Shown here piece after piece: positions 10,250 to 21,954 of a stretch of DNA of 64,000 nt. Positions within the stretch are counted from its first letter, which is position 1. Every line of letters begins with the position of its first letter. Source of the DNA: Nitrospirota bacterium (lineage in GTDB: Bacteria > Nitrospirota > Nitrospiria > Nitrospirales > Nitrospiraceae); the NCBI GenBank assembly GCA_026387665.1, contig JAPLLG010000011.1, forward strand, positions 43,396-107,395, in the 5' to 3' direction. The notes below the pieces were generated by a model that was given only the letters and a program-made list of their open reading frames with translations, did not search any database and had not been told where the DNA came from. The translations under genes and the position numbers were made by a program.

Positions 10250-10484
10250 CCAGTTCGTACCGATATTCTTCCACAATCGTATTCGCCAGCAGTTTTTCGC
10301 ACATGGCTTTCACCGCGGCATCGGCTTTCGCCTTATCCGTTTCATTCACTTCCACTTCCATGTACTTCCCGACTCGCACATTGCCCGCATTCTTGAATCC
10401 CAGCGAACCAAGCGCATGCTCAATCGCCTTCCCTTGCGGGTCCAAGATTCCTTGCTTCAATGTCACATGAATTTTGGCTTTCAC
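10245..10484 (-). CDS. purS: phosphoribosylformylglycinamidine synthase subunit PurS
   Basis: 79 aa. MKAKIHVTLKQGILDPQG is a typical PurS sequence. Confidence 0.9.
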   Translation of the reverse strand: MKAKIHVTLKQGILDPQGKAIEHALGSLGFKNAGNVRVGKYMEVEVNETDKAKADAAVKAMCEKLLANTIVEEYRYELG

Positions 10485-10487
10485 GAC

Positions 10488-10706
10488 TTACTCCCCTTGC
10501 TCTGATGCTTCAGTCTGCCTATCCACATACTTCCTGATCCAGAAAATCCCTGCGATCGTCCCAAACCCGACGAACACGAGCACCACAAAGGCCCAGCGCC
10601 AGGGCGACTCGTTCAGGCGATAGGCCATCATACCCACCACCGCCGCCCATACCAGAATGGACGCCACCAGGCCATAATTCATGAATAACCGCAGAAACCC
10701 CTTCAC
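10488..10706 (-). CDS. small two-TM membrane protein (hypothetical)
   Basis: 72 aa with two hydrophobic helices. Ends 3 nt before purS. Confidence 0.5.
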   Translation of the reverse strand: MKGFLRLFMNYGLVASILVWAAVVGMMAYRLNESPWRWAFVVLVFVGFGTIAGIFWIRKYVDRQTEASEQGE

Positions 10707-10773
10707 GTGCCCTCTTCTCTTTCCCTCTTCAATCAGGGAAGAACGCTAGCAGGATGTTCTACCCCCAACACCA

Positions 10774-10802
10774 TACGGAATATTTTCGTCATATTTTCCG
10801 TA
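10774..10802. promoter_or_regulatory. candidate palindromic operator upstream of the purS-Q-L-F unit
   Basis: TACGGAATAT-tttcgtc-ATATTTTCCGTA, i.e. inverted TACGGAA/TTCCGTA half-sites. Located in the 350-bp gap upstream of 10706. The binding protein is unknown. Confidence 0.25.
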
Positions 10803-11059
10803 TCAACCGAGTTTTTCCGCAGCCTACTAGAACTCACTAGGAGGATGCGGTGAACGGGCTCGCCGGCGCGGCCGTCTCAGGCCACGCGTTGCGCGCGCAA
10901 AGAAGCCGGCCCCTGCATCCCGCCTCTTCCACCGACCCCGTCCAAACGGTGTGGGGAACTCCCGGGGGGATGGCGGGGTGAGCCGCAACTGCGCGCATCG
11001 ACCGGGCAGGGCTTCCCCCTGCGCATTCTGCGAACAAAAAAACCAGCCTCTCCGTTCCC

Positions 11060-11764
11060 TCATCCGCACACCCTTTTTAAAACTTCCTGGTAGGCCTCTT
11101 CGATCTTGCCCAAATCCTTCCGGAACCGATCCTTATCCATCGACTCCTTCGTCGTCTGGTCCCAGAAGCGGCAGGTGTCCGGCGAAATCTCATCCGCCAG
11201 AATCAGCTGGCCCTTGTGCAGCCCGAACTCCAATTTGAAATCGACGAGGATCATCTGTCGCTCGCGAAAAAATGGCTGCAACACGCCATTCACCTTCAAC
11301 GCGAGCCGCTTGATTTCCGTCATCTGCTCCGGCGTCGCCAGCTGCATCAATCGAATGTGCTCATCGGCGATAAGTGGATCACCCAGCGCGTCGTTCTTGT
11401 AATACCATTCCACAATGGCCGGCTCAATCGGGTCACCCTCTTTCAACCCCAGCCGCTTGGCCAAACTGCCGGCCACGACATTGCGGACCACCACCTCGAC
11501 CGGCACGATCGCAACCTTCTTCGTGAGCAGCTCCCGGTCGCTCAACCGTTCGACGAAATGCGTCGGCACCCCTGCCTGCTCCAGCAGCACAAACAGCCGC
11601 TCGGATATCTTGTTGTTGATGACGCCCTTCTCAACAATGGTCCCGCGCTTCTGCGCATTGAACGCCGTCGCATCGTCCTTAAAGTACTGGACGACCTGAT
11701 CCGGCTTATCCGTGGCGAACACCTTCTTCGCCTTGCCTTCGTAAAGCATGCTACCAATGGTCAT
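11060..11764 (-). CDS. purC: phosphoribosylaminoimidazole-succinocarboxamide synthase
   Basis: [10 protein letters not shown]... is SAICAR synthase-like. ATG 11764 has an AAGGGG RBS, whereas the track start 11791 has none. Confidence 0.9.
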   Translation of the reverse strand: MTIGSMLYEGKAKKVFATDKPDQVVQYFKDDATAFNAQKRGTIVEKGVINNKISERLFVLLEQAGVPTHFVERLSDRELLTKKVAIVPVEVVVRNVVAGSLAKRLGLKEGDPIEPAIVEWYYKNDALGDPLIADEHIRLMQLATPEQMTEIKRLALKVNGVLQPFFRERQMILVDFKLEFGLHKGQLILADEISPDTCRFWDQTTKESMDKDRFRKDLGKIEEAYQEVLKRVCG

Positions 11765-11796
11765 GATCTGCCCCTTATCCCCGCCCATCACGAATA

Positions 11797-12594
11797 CTAC
11801 TGCGCCAAGACTTCCATGATCTCCGGCAACGACATGGCTGTGCCGATCAACGTCGGGTGCCCGAATCGTCTCACGTACTGAAACTCTTTCACCTTCTCCA
11901 ACGCCAAAACCAGGCTATGAAAATCCTCCAGCTTGGAGGTTTCAAAATACGTGATGAAGTCCAGGTCATCGAGTCCGCTGGAGTGGTACAGCTTCCGCTT
12001 GACCGTCTTAAGATAAGGCAGCGTGGCTTCCGTATGCTCTTTCATCAGCGCCATCCGCTTGTCCTGATCGAGGGCCCACCAGTCGGCGCTCTTCCTGATC
12101 GGAATGACGATCGCATAGGGCTTGGGCCCAGGCTCGCTGGCAGTCTTGAGATCGGCCTTCATCTGGTCCGGAAGCCCCGGCACATAGTTCGCCTTCTTGG
12201 TCAATCCGTGCATGATGCCGGCCGCCTTAAGATGTCTACCGAACAGGCTGCTCTGAAGATCGAGCAGAAACTTTTGCGTTTCGCGCAGCTCAACGGCATG
12301 CACGCGAAACATCACATCCGCGTGGTCCGACAGCCCGCGCATCAAATAGAGGTCGATCGCCAGCTTCTCGCGATGCTGCTCAACGACTCCCCTCAAAACC
12401 GTCAAATACGCGATCCGCGTCGCTTGATCCTCTTTGGCCCAATCTTCATCCAGCGTGAATGCCGCAAAGGTGCCGTAAACGCCCGCCTCGCTCAGCAGCT
12501 TGTCGCGATCGGCAGCCTCAGCAGCGGACACCAGCACCAGCCCGACCAACAGCACCACCACAAGACGCATGAGCCTAGGCATACAGAACCTCAT
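11797..12594 (-). CDS. cld: chlorite dismutase (periplasmic, signal peptide)
   Basis: 265 aa. Shares the YAIVIPI.K...[30 protein letters not shown] and RRFGHPTL blocks of Nitrospira-type Cld, with an N-terminal signal sequence. ATGA overlap with the purB stop. Confidence 0.88.
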   Translation of the reverse strand: MRFCMPRLMRLVVVLLVGLVLVSAAEAADRDKLLSEAGVYGTFAAFTLDEDWAKEDQATRIAYLTVLRGVVEQHREKLAIDLYLMRGLSDHADVMFRVHAVELRETQKFLLDLQSSLFGRHLKAAGIMHGLTKKANYVPGLPDQMKADLKTASEPGPKPYAIVIPIRKSADWWALDQDKRMALMKEHTEATLPYLKTVKRKLYHSSGLDDLDFITYFETSKLEDFHSLVLALEKVKEFQYVRRFGHPTLIGTAMSLPEIMEVLAQ

Positions 12595-13919
12595 CGTTTC
12601 TTCCCCTTCGCCGGTTTACGCGCGCTGGGCCCGAATACCCGCCGGAAGATCTGATCTAAATGGCGCAGATAATACTTCGGATCGAAACAGGATTTGATTT
12701 CCCTGGCCGTGAGGTGCTTCGCGATCAAGGGGTCCTTGCCAACCAGCTCTTGCAGTCCTCCGGCCCCTCGCCAGGACGCCATGGCATGGCGCTGGACGGC
12801 TTCATACGATTCCTTCCGCTGCGCCCCCTTGGAAATGAGCAGCAACAGCAGCCGTTGCGAATAGACCAGCCCCCCGGTGAGATCGAGGTTGCGCTGCATG
12901 TTCTCGGGATAAACCACCAGGTTCTTGATGACGTCAGTGATCCGCTCCAGCATATAGTCGATCAGGATCGTGCTGTCTGGCATGATCACGCGCTCGACGG
13001 ACGAATGGCTGATGTCCCGCTCATGCCACAGAGCGACGTTCTCCATCGCCGCGAGACTATTGCCCCGCACGACGCGCGCCAAGCCGCAGAGATTCTCCGA
13101 GGCGATCGGGTTCCGCTTGTGCGGCATCGCCGAAGAGCCTTTCTGCCCCGCCGAGAAATATTCTTCCGCTTCCAGCACCTCGGTCCGTTGCAGATGGCGA
13201 ATCTCCGTCGCAAACTTCTCGATGCTGGCGGCCAACAGGGCCAAGGCCGTGGCATAGGCCGCATGGCGATCGCGCTGCACGATTTGATTGGAGACAGGAT
13301 CCGGCGTGAGCCCCAGCTTGGCGCAGACATACTCTTCCACTTCAGGCCCTTGATGCGCGAAGGTTCCCATCGCGCCGGAGAGTTTACCCACGGCGATTTC
13401 CTGCCGCACATGCGTCAACCGCTTCCGATGCCGGCAGGCCTCTTCGTACCAAATGGCCAGCTTGAAGCCGAACGAGATCGGTTCGCCATGGATACCGTGC
13501 GAGCGTCCGACCATCACCGTGTCTTTGTACTTCAGCGCCTGTTGCTTCAGCACGGCGATCAGTTCGGCAAGGTCGTCGAGGATGAGATCCAGCGCCTCAG
13601 TCATCTGCACAGCCAGGGAGGTATCGACAATATCCGACGAGGTCAGCCCCATATGAAGGAACCGATGTTCCGGCCCAACCGACTCTACCAGCGATTCGAG
13701 GAAGGCAATCACATCGTGCTTCGTCACCTTCTCGATCCTGTCGATCCGCTTCACGTCGATCTTGGCTTTCTTCGCGATACGGGCCGACGTGCCTCGTGGA
13801 ACCTGTCCTGCCCGCTCGAAGGCCGCGCAGGCCGCCAACTCGACTTCGAGCCAAATCTCGTACTTCCGTTTCACATCCCAAATGGCCTTCATCTTGGGAC
13901 GGGTATAACGCTCAATCAT
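12591..13919 (-). CDS. purB: adenylosuccinate lyase
   Basis: 442 aa with the fumarate-lyase signature GSSAMPHKRNP. Confidence 0.93.
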   Translation of the reverse strand: MIERYTRPKMKAIWDVKRKYEIWLEVELAACAAFERAGQVPRGTSARIAKKAKIDVKRIDRIEKVTKHDVIAFLESLVESVGPEHRFLHMGLTSSDIVDTSLAVQMTEALDLILDDLAELIAVLKQQALKYKDTVMVGRSHGIHGEPISFGFKLAIWYEEACRHRKRLTHVRQEIAVGKLSGAMGTFAHQGPEVEEYVCAKLGLTPDPVSNQIVQRDRHAAYATALALLAASIEKFATEIRHLQRTEVLEAEEYFSAGQKGSSAMPHKRNPIASENLCGLARVVRGNSLAAMENVALWHERDISHSSVERVIMPDSTILIDYMLERITDVIKNLVVYPENMQRNLDLTGGLVYSQRLLLLLISKGAQRKESYEAVQRHAMASWRGAGGLQELVGKDPLIAKHLTAREIKSCFDPKYYLRHLDQIFRRVFGPSARKPAKGKKR

Positions 13920-13979
13920 GACAACCTCGTGAAACGTAAGAAAAGGAGCCGGATGCCATGGGCTTCAACGTTTCACCTC

Positions 13980-14429
13980 TCACGGCTTACCCTTTGCGCC
14001 AGCTGCTTCGGCCCGTTTGGCGGACAGCGTCAATTCCTGATTCAAGACCTTATCCAGAATGCCGTTCACAAACTTCGAGGCTTCCTCGTCGCCGAAACTT
14101 TTCGCCAACTCGACGGCTTCATTCATCGTCACCTTGGCCGGCACATCATCCATCCAGAGCAGTTCATAGACACCGGCTCGCAGAATATTGCGATCCACAA
14201 TCGGCATGCGGCTGATCTTCCAATTGGTCGCGTATTGGGTAATGAGGGCGTCCAGCTCCGGCTTCTGCTCTAACACCCCGGCCACGAGTCGTTCTGCAAA
14301 GGCTCTCGCCTCGGCCGAGGCCTCGTTCTCTTTCCAGAACATATCCAGCCAAAGGCCCGGCTTGCCGTGAATGTCGTACTGAAACAAAATCTGGAGCGCC
14401 CGCTCCCTGGCTTGATGACGAGATCCCAT
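13980..14429 (-). CDS. nusB: transcription antitermination factor NusB
   Basis: 149 aa NusB-like protein ([10 protein letters not shown]...) in the classic ribH-nusB arrangement. Confidence 0.88.
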   Translation of the reverse strand: MGSRHQARERALQILFQYDIHGKPGLWLDMFWKENEASAEARAFAERLVAGVLEQKPELDALITQYATNWKISRMPIVDRNILRAGVYELLWMDDVPAKVTMNEAVELAKSFGDEEASKFVNGILDKVLNQELTLSAKRAEAAGAKGKP

Positions 14430-14431
14430 AG

Positions 14432-14977
14432 CTAGGCCCTGCGCTTTCGCGGCGCCCGCTTCGTAGCTTTCCGGACTCGCGATACGGCAGTACCGGACTG
14501 AGGCTCCTCACCCGCCCGCAACAAACGCATGACCGTCGCCATTTCGATCGCAGATTTAGCCGCTTCCCCGCCGCGGTTGAACTTAGCCGGATCAGCCCGC
14601 TCAATCGCCTGCGCAATCGTATGCGTTGTCAGCACGCCGAAGATGATCGGCACGTCGGCATCCAACGCCGCCTGCCCGATCCCGCGACTGGCCTCCGCAC
14701 TGATGTAGTCGAAATGCGGCGTATCGCCGCGAATGACCGCCCCGAGGCAAATCACCGCATGGAACTGTTTCGTCCGCGCCATCGTCCGCGCGACCAAGGG
14801 CAGCTCGAAGGCCCCCGGCACCCGCACCACCTCGATGTCGTCGGCATGGACGCCCCGCTCGGTCAACTCCTCGACGCAGGAACTCAACAGCTTGCCCGTA
14901 ACGAATTTATTGAACTTCGCGACGATAATCCCGAACCGCAACCCCGTCGCATTCTGAGAACCTTTACGAAGCTTCAT
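14432..14977 (-). CDS. ribH: 6,7-dimethyl-8-ribityllumazine synthase
   Basis: [10 protein letters not shown]...VPGAFELP... are lumazine synthase motifs. Carries a basic C-terminal extension. Confidence 0.9.
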   Translation of the reverse strand: MKLRKGSQNATGLRFGIIVAKFNKFVTGKLLSSCVEELTERGVHADDIEVVRVPGAFELPLVARTMARTKQFHAVICLGAVIRGDTPHFDYISAEASRGIGQAALDADVPIIFGVLTTHTIAQAIERADPAKFNRGGEAAKSAIEMATVMRLLRAGEEPQSGTAVSRVRKATKRAPRKRRA

Positions 14978-15071
14978 GTACCAATTCTTTCCATACGGGC
15001 TACAATCGAGGCAACCAACACGTCAAACGACACCTTAACAAACTTCTTTTACGCCTTACTAAACGACGATA

Positions 15072-15195
15072 GCAGGCTGCTCAAAATGGTCATCCAGCGA
15101 GGCCGCAGGCGAGAAACGACCGGAGGCGTACCCTCTAGGGTACGTTGAGGATCGTTTTGAGCCGAGAACGAAGCTGGGGGCCATTTTCAGCAGCC
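15072..15195. repeat. Imperfect-palindrome intergenic repeat, copy C
   Basis: GCAGGCTGCTCAAAATGG...CCATTTTCAGCAGCC with the GAGCCGAGAACGAAGCTGG core. Ends 2 nt before the ribBA stop. Confidence 0.85.
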
Positions 15196-15196
15196 G

Positions 15197-16405
15197 TTAT
15201 ACCTTTTTAAGGATGTGCCCCATTTTATTCTTTTTCGTTCGCAGATACCGGACGTTCGACGCGCCTGGCTGGATCTCGATCGGCACCCGCTCGACTACTT
15301 TCAATCCATACCCTTCGATCCCGACGATCTTGCGCGGATTGTTCGTGATAAGCCGGATCTGATGCAACCCGAGATTGACGAGGATCTGCGCTCCCACGCC
15401 GTAATCGCGCAGGTCCGCCTTGAATCCCAACTGCAAATTCGCCTCGACCGTATCGCAGCCCTGGTCTTGCAACCCATAGGCCCGGATCTTGTTGAGCAGG
15501 CCGATGCCGCGCCCTTCCTGATTCAGATAGAGCAGGACCCCGCGCCCTTCCTTCTGAATCATTTCCATCGCCTTATGGAGCTGGTCCCGGCAATCGCACC
15601 GGATGGAGCCCAACACATCGGCCGTCAAACAACCGGAATGCACGCGGACGAGCGTCCGCTCCCCGCCATCGACTCGCCCTTTCACCAGGGCAATATGCGT
15701 GATGCCGTCCACTTCATTTTCGAACGCCACCGCTTCAAAATCGCCGAACGTCGTCGGCAGCCGCGCACTGGCCATCCGCCGCACAAAGGTCTCGCGCTGC
15801 ATGCGATATTCAATGAGCGCCTTGATCGTGACCATCTTCAGCTTGTGCACCTTGGCAAACTTCGCCAGCTCCGGCACGCGCGCCATGGTGCCGTCCTCGT
15901 TCATGATTTCGCAGATCACACCGGCGGGATTCAGTCCGGCCAATCGCGCCAGATCGACAGAACCCTCCGTCTGCCCGGCGCGCCGCAACACGCCGCCCTG
16001 CTGCGCCTTCAAGGGGAAAATATGACCGGGCTTCGCCAGGTCGCTGGGCTTCGACTTCGGATCGATCGCCACATGAATGGTCGTGGCCCGATCCGCGGCA
16101 GAAATGCCGGTCGTAATGTCTTTGCGCGCATCGATGGACACAGTGAAGGCCGTGCCGAACGTGGCGGTATTCTCCGCCGCCTGCTGCGGCAGCTGGAGCT
16201 CCTCCACCCGCTGAGGGGTCAGGGCGAGACAGATCAATCCACGGGCATGTTTGGCCATGAAATTGATGGCCTGAGGCGTCACATGTTCGGCGGCAATGAC
16301 AAGATCGCCTTCGTTCTCACGATCTTCATCATCGACGAGGATGATGCATTTCCCCTTTTTGATGTCTTTGATTGCGTCTTCGATACTATGAAAGGGAGAG
16401 GCCAT
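15197..16405 (-). CDS. ribBA: bifunctional 3,4-dihydroxy-2-butanone-4-phosphate synthase / GTP cyclohydrolase II
   Basis: 402 aa. DHBP synthase N-terminal half ([11 protein letters not shown]) and GCH-II C-terminal half (CDCR...LLTNNP-like). Confidence 0.92.
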   Translation of the reverse strand: MASPFHSIEDAIKDIKKGKCIILVDDEDRENEGDLVIAAEHVTPQAINFMAKHARGLICLALTPQRVEELQLPQQAAENTATFGTAFTVSIDARKDITTGISAADRATTIHVAIDPKSKPSDLAKPGHIFPLKAQQGGVLRRAGQTEGSVDLARLAGLNPAGVICEIMNEDGTMARVPELAKFAKVHKLKMVTIKALIEYRMQRETFVRRMASARLPTTFGDFEAVAFENEVDGITHIALVKGRVDGGERTLVRVHSGCLTADVLGSIRCDCRDQLHKAMEMIQKEGRGVLLYLNQEGRGIGLLNKIRAYGLQDQGCDTVEANLQLGFKADLRDYGVGAQILVNLGLHQIRLITNNPRKIVGIEGYGLKVVERVPIEIQPGASNVRYLRTKKNKMGHILKKV

Positions 16406-16477
16406 GGTTTCCTACAATTCCGCGGAGTTATCGCCCGCTACTGACGCACCACAATAACCTTGTTTCGACCCTCACTG

Positions 16478-17740
16478 TCAACGGGAAAAACTGCCCGGCA
16501 CATCCATAGGATTGGTGGCCCGGCGTGCCCGCCGTTCAGCCAGCAGCACCGTGCCCCAGGCACAAGCTGCCGCCAAACTGAAAACCCATAAGCCGGCTCG
16601 ATAGGAGCCGGTCACCTCTTTCAGCGTCCCCAACCAGAGCGGCAGGAGAAAGCCTCCTAGCCCGCCTGCTGCCCCCACGACACCGGACGCGAGCCCGATC
16701 TGTCTGGGAAACCACTCAGACGCCAACTGGAGAATCACTCCGTTGCCGACCCCCATCGCTCCGACTGCCACGACAATCAGCATCACGGCGATACGGACAT
16801 CGCTCACGTCGCCAAGCACCGCAAGGCCCCCCACCACCAGGGGCAATGACAACAGAAGGGTCCGCAGACCGCCGATCCGGTCTGCCGCATGGCCTCCCAG
16901 CGGACGGATGAGACTGCCCACCAATCCACAGAGGGCGGCAATCGAGCCGGCCGCGATCCCATCCACCTGATACTGCTCGTGGGAAAAAAGCGGAAGGATA
17001 CTGCAAAACCCGACGAACCCGCCGAATGTCACCGCATAGAGTCCGCAGAGCCAATAGGCCTTCGGCTGCCGGATCATCGCAGCCACACTATGCCACCAAT
17101 GAGTATCCCGTTCAGCTCGCCGGTTCTGGCGATCGTCGCGCACGAGGAACAGAAAGACCGCCAGGGTGATGACAATCGGCCACACCATCCATCCGAAGAC
17201 CGCGTGCCATCCGCCTGTAACCGCTATGCGTGGCGCGCCGAAAAGAATCAGCACCGTGCCGACATTGCCCGACGCGACAAGACCCAAGACCAGCCCTTGA
17301 TGAGCGGCTGGATAGGTGCGGCCGGCCAGGGGTAAGGTCACAGCAAAGCTCGCCCCGCCGATACCGAGCAGGAAGGCCACGAGCAACAACTCGACGTAAC
17401 TCTGGACGCCCAGCCATCCCCAGAGGACGACCGCCAGCTCTGCCACCAGAATCAGCACCCCGGTCGGTTTCGCCCCGTACCAATCGCTACTCCAGCCGGC
17501 AACCACGCGAAACACCGCGCCGCTCAGCAGAGGGAGCGACACCACCAGCGCGATGTCAGCCTGGCTGAGCTGGAGATCCTGCGCGAAGGTCAGGCTCAAG
17601 GCCCCCATCAGCAACCACACCATAAAACTGACCGCGAGGTGCAGCCAGGCGCCGATCACGCTCGGCCAATGGCCACGGGTCAGCGCGAGAAACATCTCTG
17701 TCATCACAATCGTCCATCTCCCAGCCAAAGAGCTGATCAC
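16478..17740 (-). CDS. MFS transporter, nitrate/nitrite-porter (NarK)-like
   Basis: About 12 TM segments. GVVGAAGGLGG resembles the NNP family signature. The exact start is uncertain. Confidence 0.6.
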   Translation of the reverse strand: MISSLAGRWTIVMTEMFLALTRGHWPSVIGAWLHLAVSFMVWLLMGALSLTFAQDLQLSQADIALVVSLPLLSGAVFRVVAGWSSDWYGAKPTGVLILVAELAVVLWGWLGVQSYVELLLVAFLLGIGGASFAVTLPLAGRTYPAAHQGLVLGLVASGNVGTVLILFGAPRIAVTGGWHAVFGWMVWPIVITLAVFLFLVRDDRQNRRAERDTHWWHSVAAMIRQPKAYWLCGLYAVTFGGFVGFCSILPLFSHEQYQVDGIAAGSIAALCGLVGSLIRPLGGHAADRIGGLRTLLLSLPLVVGGLAVLGDVSDVRIAVMLIVVAVGAMGVGNGVILQLASEWFPRQIGLASGVVGAAGGLGGFLLPLWLGTLKEVTGSYRAGLWVFSLAAACAWGTVLLAERRARRATNPMDVPGSFSR

Positions 17741-17768
17741 TATATGAGACCGGCTTTCATCCGCGCAA

Positions 17769-17799
17769 GGGAACGAAACAAGCGGACTTTTTCAGCACC
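17769..17799. repeat. degenerate half-copy of the palindromic repeat family
   Basis: GGGAACGAAACAAGCGGACTTTTTCAGCACC compared with the right arm GAGAACGAAGCTGGCGGACTTTTTCAGCATCC. Confidence 0.5.
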
Positions 17800-17831
17800 A
17801 GGCCAAAGTCTCTTATGTTATTCTCGCTGTT

Positions 17832-18830
17832 ATGAGTCCGAGCAAGAAGGATCTCGACGAAGAACCGATCGAACCGGAGGTCCTGGAACCGTCCGAGGAT
17901 GAGATCGCCGAAATCAATCCACCCCCTGAACAGCCTCACGGCGCAGCGCCGGACGGCCAACTGGCCTCCGATATCACGGCTGTGGCGCCGGTCACGGCAC
18001 TCCAGCAATACCTGGCTGAAGTCCGCCGCTACCCCTACCTCTCCAAAGAAGAAGAACTCCGCCTGTTCCATGAATATCGAACCAACGGAGACCGCGATGC
18101 CGCCGTGAAGCTCATCATGGCCAACCTGCGCGTCTCCCTGGCGATTGCCTCCGAGTACCTCCATACAGGCGCCGACCACATGGACCTCATTCAAGAGGGC
18201 AACGTCGGGTTGATGCATGCCATCAAGAAATTCGACCCCTCGAAAAACGTGCGTTTTTACGCCTATGCCGCCTGGTGGTCGCGCGCCTATATCCTGCGCT
18301 ATCTGCTGAATACCTACCGGCTGGTCAAAATCGGGACGACGCAGGATCAACGGAAGCTGTTCTACAATCTCAAAAAAGAAAAGGCGAAGCTGGAACGGGA
18401 AGGCTTCGCCCCGGATACGAAGCTCCTGGCGGACCGTTTGAATGTGCGGGAGCGGGACGTCATCGAGATGGGGCAGAGGCTGGGCAACTGGGAACTCTCG
18501 CTGGACCAACCTCTCGGCGAAGACCAGGAAGGCAGCCTGCTGGATGTGCTGCCTTCGCAACAAGTACCGGCGGACGAGCAGCTGGCGCAGACCCAATTAC
18601 AGACCCTCTTCCGTGCCAAGCTCGCAGAATTCGCCAAAACGCTCGACGAACGGGACGAGGACATCCTGCGAAACCGGATTCTCTCAGAAAGCCCCCTCAC
18701 CCTGGAGGATCTCGGCGCCAAGTACCACATTACGAAAGAACGAACCAGGCAGCTGGAGGCTCGCATTATCAAGCGATTACGCGACTATATTAAGAAAGAT
18801 ATCAAGGACTTCGACCGCTTACGGATCTGA
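17832..18830 (+). CDS. rpoH: RNA polymerase sigma factor RpoH (sigma-32 type)
   Basis: Sigma-70 regions 2-4 plus an RpoH-box-like QRKLFYNLKK. Acidic N-terminal extension. Confidence 0.85.
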   Translation: MSPSKKDLDEEPIEPEVLEPSEDEIAEINPPPEQPHGAAPDGQLASDITAVAPVTALQQYLAEVRRYPYLSKEEELRLFHEYRTNGDRDAAVKLIMANLRVSLAIASEYLHTGADHMDLIQEGNVGLMHAIKKFDPSKNVRFYAYAAWWSRAYILRYLLNTYRLVKIGTTQDQRKLFYNLKKEKAKLEREGFAPDTKLLADRLNVRERDVIEMGQRLGNWELSLDQPLGEDQEGSLLDVLPSQQVPADEQLAQTQLQTLFRAKLAEFAKTLDERDEDILRNRILSESPLTLEDLGAKYHITKERTRQLEARIIKRLRDYIKKDIKDFDRLRI

Positions 18831-18931
18831 CCTCGCCTACCCCCACCGAAAGAAGGTCTAGAATATCCAATTCTTAATAGGTTATGCTTCCGCTGTCCCT
18901 GTTCTTGAGGGCGCGGAAGAATTTCCTCATG

Positions 18932-18969
18932 TCTCCCCCTTGACTTGGACGAACCCGAGGCTATCTTTA
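18932..18969 (+). promoter_or_regulatory. candidate sigma-32-type heat-shock promoter for groES-groEL
   Basis: TCTCCCCCTTGAC resembles the sigma-32 -35 element TNTCNCCCTTGAA. About 15 nt downstream, GCTATCTTTA is a weaker match to the -10 element CCCCATNTA. Located about 120 nt upstream of groES. Confidence 0.35.
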
Positions 18970-19090
18970 CCCCCGTGCTAGCGGACCAGAGTTTCTGCTC
19001 GTTCGGGAGTATCACGGTTACGCCATCGAGTTCGAACCTGTTCTATCTCGTTTATTTTCACTGGGTTAACTTTAGGAGGAGGGTATCGTT

Positions 19091-19390
19091 ATGAGCACTG
19101 CAACCAAAGAGAAGAAGGACTTAACCAAGGGGTTCTCGCCTCTGGGTGACCGGGTATTCGTCACCTACACCGAGGAATTGGACCGCACCTCCGGCGGAAT
19201 CTACGTGCCGGATAGCGCCAAAGAGAAGCCACAACGTGGCATCGTCCAGGGCATCGGCAAGAAGGTCGAGAGCGTGAAGGTCGGCGACCAGGTCCTCTTC
19301 GACAAGTACTCAGGCAGCAAGCTCCGGATCGAAGACGAGGAATGTTTGATCCTCAAGGAAGAAGACATCCTCGGCGTCTTCAACAGCTAA
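19091..19390 (+). CDS. groES: co-chaperonin GroES
   Basis: 99 aa with canonical GroES sequence. GGAGGAGGG RBS. Confidence 0.95.
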   Translation: MSTATKEKKDLTKGFSPLGDRVFVTYTEELDRTSGGIYVPDSAKEKPQRGIVQGIGKKVESVKVGDQVLFDKYSGSKLRIEDEECLILKEEDILGVFNS

Positions 19391-19422
19391 GCACCACTAT
19401 TCACGACGACGATACTTTTTAA

Positions 19423-21078
<1,656 letters not shown>

Positions 21079-21127
21079 GAACAGAGTACGAGCTACTAGC
21101 GTATAGCTGATAGCTCGGAATGTGCAG

Positions 21128-21169
21128 CGAAGGCCTCAGCGGTGATCCCGCTGAGGCCTTCGTGTTTTT
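21128..21169 (+). terminator. intrinsic terminator of groESL
   Basis: CGAAGGCCTCAGCGG-tgatc-CCGCTGAGGCCTTCG followed by TGTTTTT. Confidence 0.85.
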
Positions 21170-21293
21170 GGCTGACACCGTGCGACGAGCCCCCCAGCGG
21201 CCTCCTCCAGGCAAGGCCCTAGGACTTTTCCTCTTCAATAGTGCTAGTATTCGGGGAAGTCGCCGTGCAGGTGTCGGCTCCTACACAAAGAGA

Positions 21294-21860
21294 ATGCCCA
21301 TGAGCACATCCTACTCATCGGACTCGCCAACCGAGCATAATCAGGATCAGCTCCTCGCCAGCAGGGGACGAGGAGTCGAAGCGGCTCAGCGCATGGCTGA
21401 ACTCTTTTCTCAGGAAATGCAATTGCAAGATCTGCTTGAGCAAGCGCTCCATATTGCACTGGAGGCGGCCGATGCAGAAAATGGGTCGATTCTACTTGCC
21501 GACCCGGACACCCGCGCATTGATCTTCCATCATTCCATCGGTGAAAATCCCGCAGCCCCAGGCATCGCCGTTCCCTGGCATGAGAGCATCGCAGGAGCGG
21601 TCTATACGACCGGTACGCCTGACATCGTGTCCGATGCACAAGCCGACGTGCGCCATTTCAAAAAAGTCGACCGGGCGACCGGCTCCATCACGCGCGACAT
21701 GATTACGGTCCCACTCAAAGGCTGGGATGGCGCTCCCATTGGCGTGATCCAAGTCATGAATAAACGAGGGAATGCCTGCCTGAATCACGACGATCTCGCT
21801 GTCCTCACCATTATTTCCACGCTCACCGCTGTGGCCCTTGAACATATGAGCTTGAATTAA
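21294..21860 (+). CDS. stand-alone GAF-domain protein
   Basis: ENGSILLAD...GIAG.V...IGVIQVMNK is a GAF-like pattern. Start moved to ATG 21294 because the track ORF starts inside the groEL terminator. Confidence 0.7.
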   Translation: MPMSTSYSSDSPTEHNQDQLLASRGRGVEAAQRMAELFSQEMQLQDLLEQALHIALEAADAENGSILLADPDTRALIFHHSIGENPAAPGIAVPWHESIAGAVYTTGTPDIVSDAQADVRHFKKVDRATGSITRDMITVPLKGWDGAPIGVIQVMNKRGNACLNHDDLAVLTIISTLTAVALEHMSLN

Positions 21861-21954
21861 GCGGCCAAGTTCGCGGACGTGGGCCTAACAGTCAGACCCC
21901 CTCGCCCCCCTGCACGCCTGCACCAACGAACATCGAACCGGAGCATCCCCCAAA

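Noticed and set aside
16406-16477. An FMN (RFN) riboswitch upstream of ribBA.
   Set aside because: Only 72 nt of spacer are available, and none of the conserved RFN core strings are visible.
18831-19090. A CIRCE/HrcA operator or a tRNA-like T-arm (GAGTTCGAACC) upstream of groES.
   Set aside because: There is no inverted TTAGCACTC/GAGTGCTAA pair. The GTTCGAA string lacks acceptor and anticodon arm complements.
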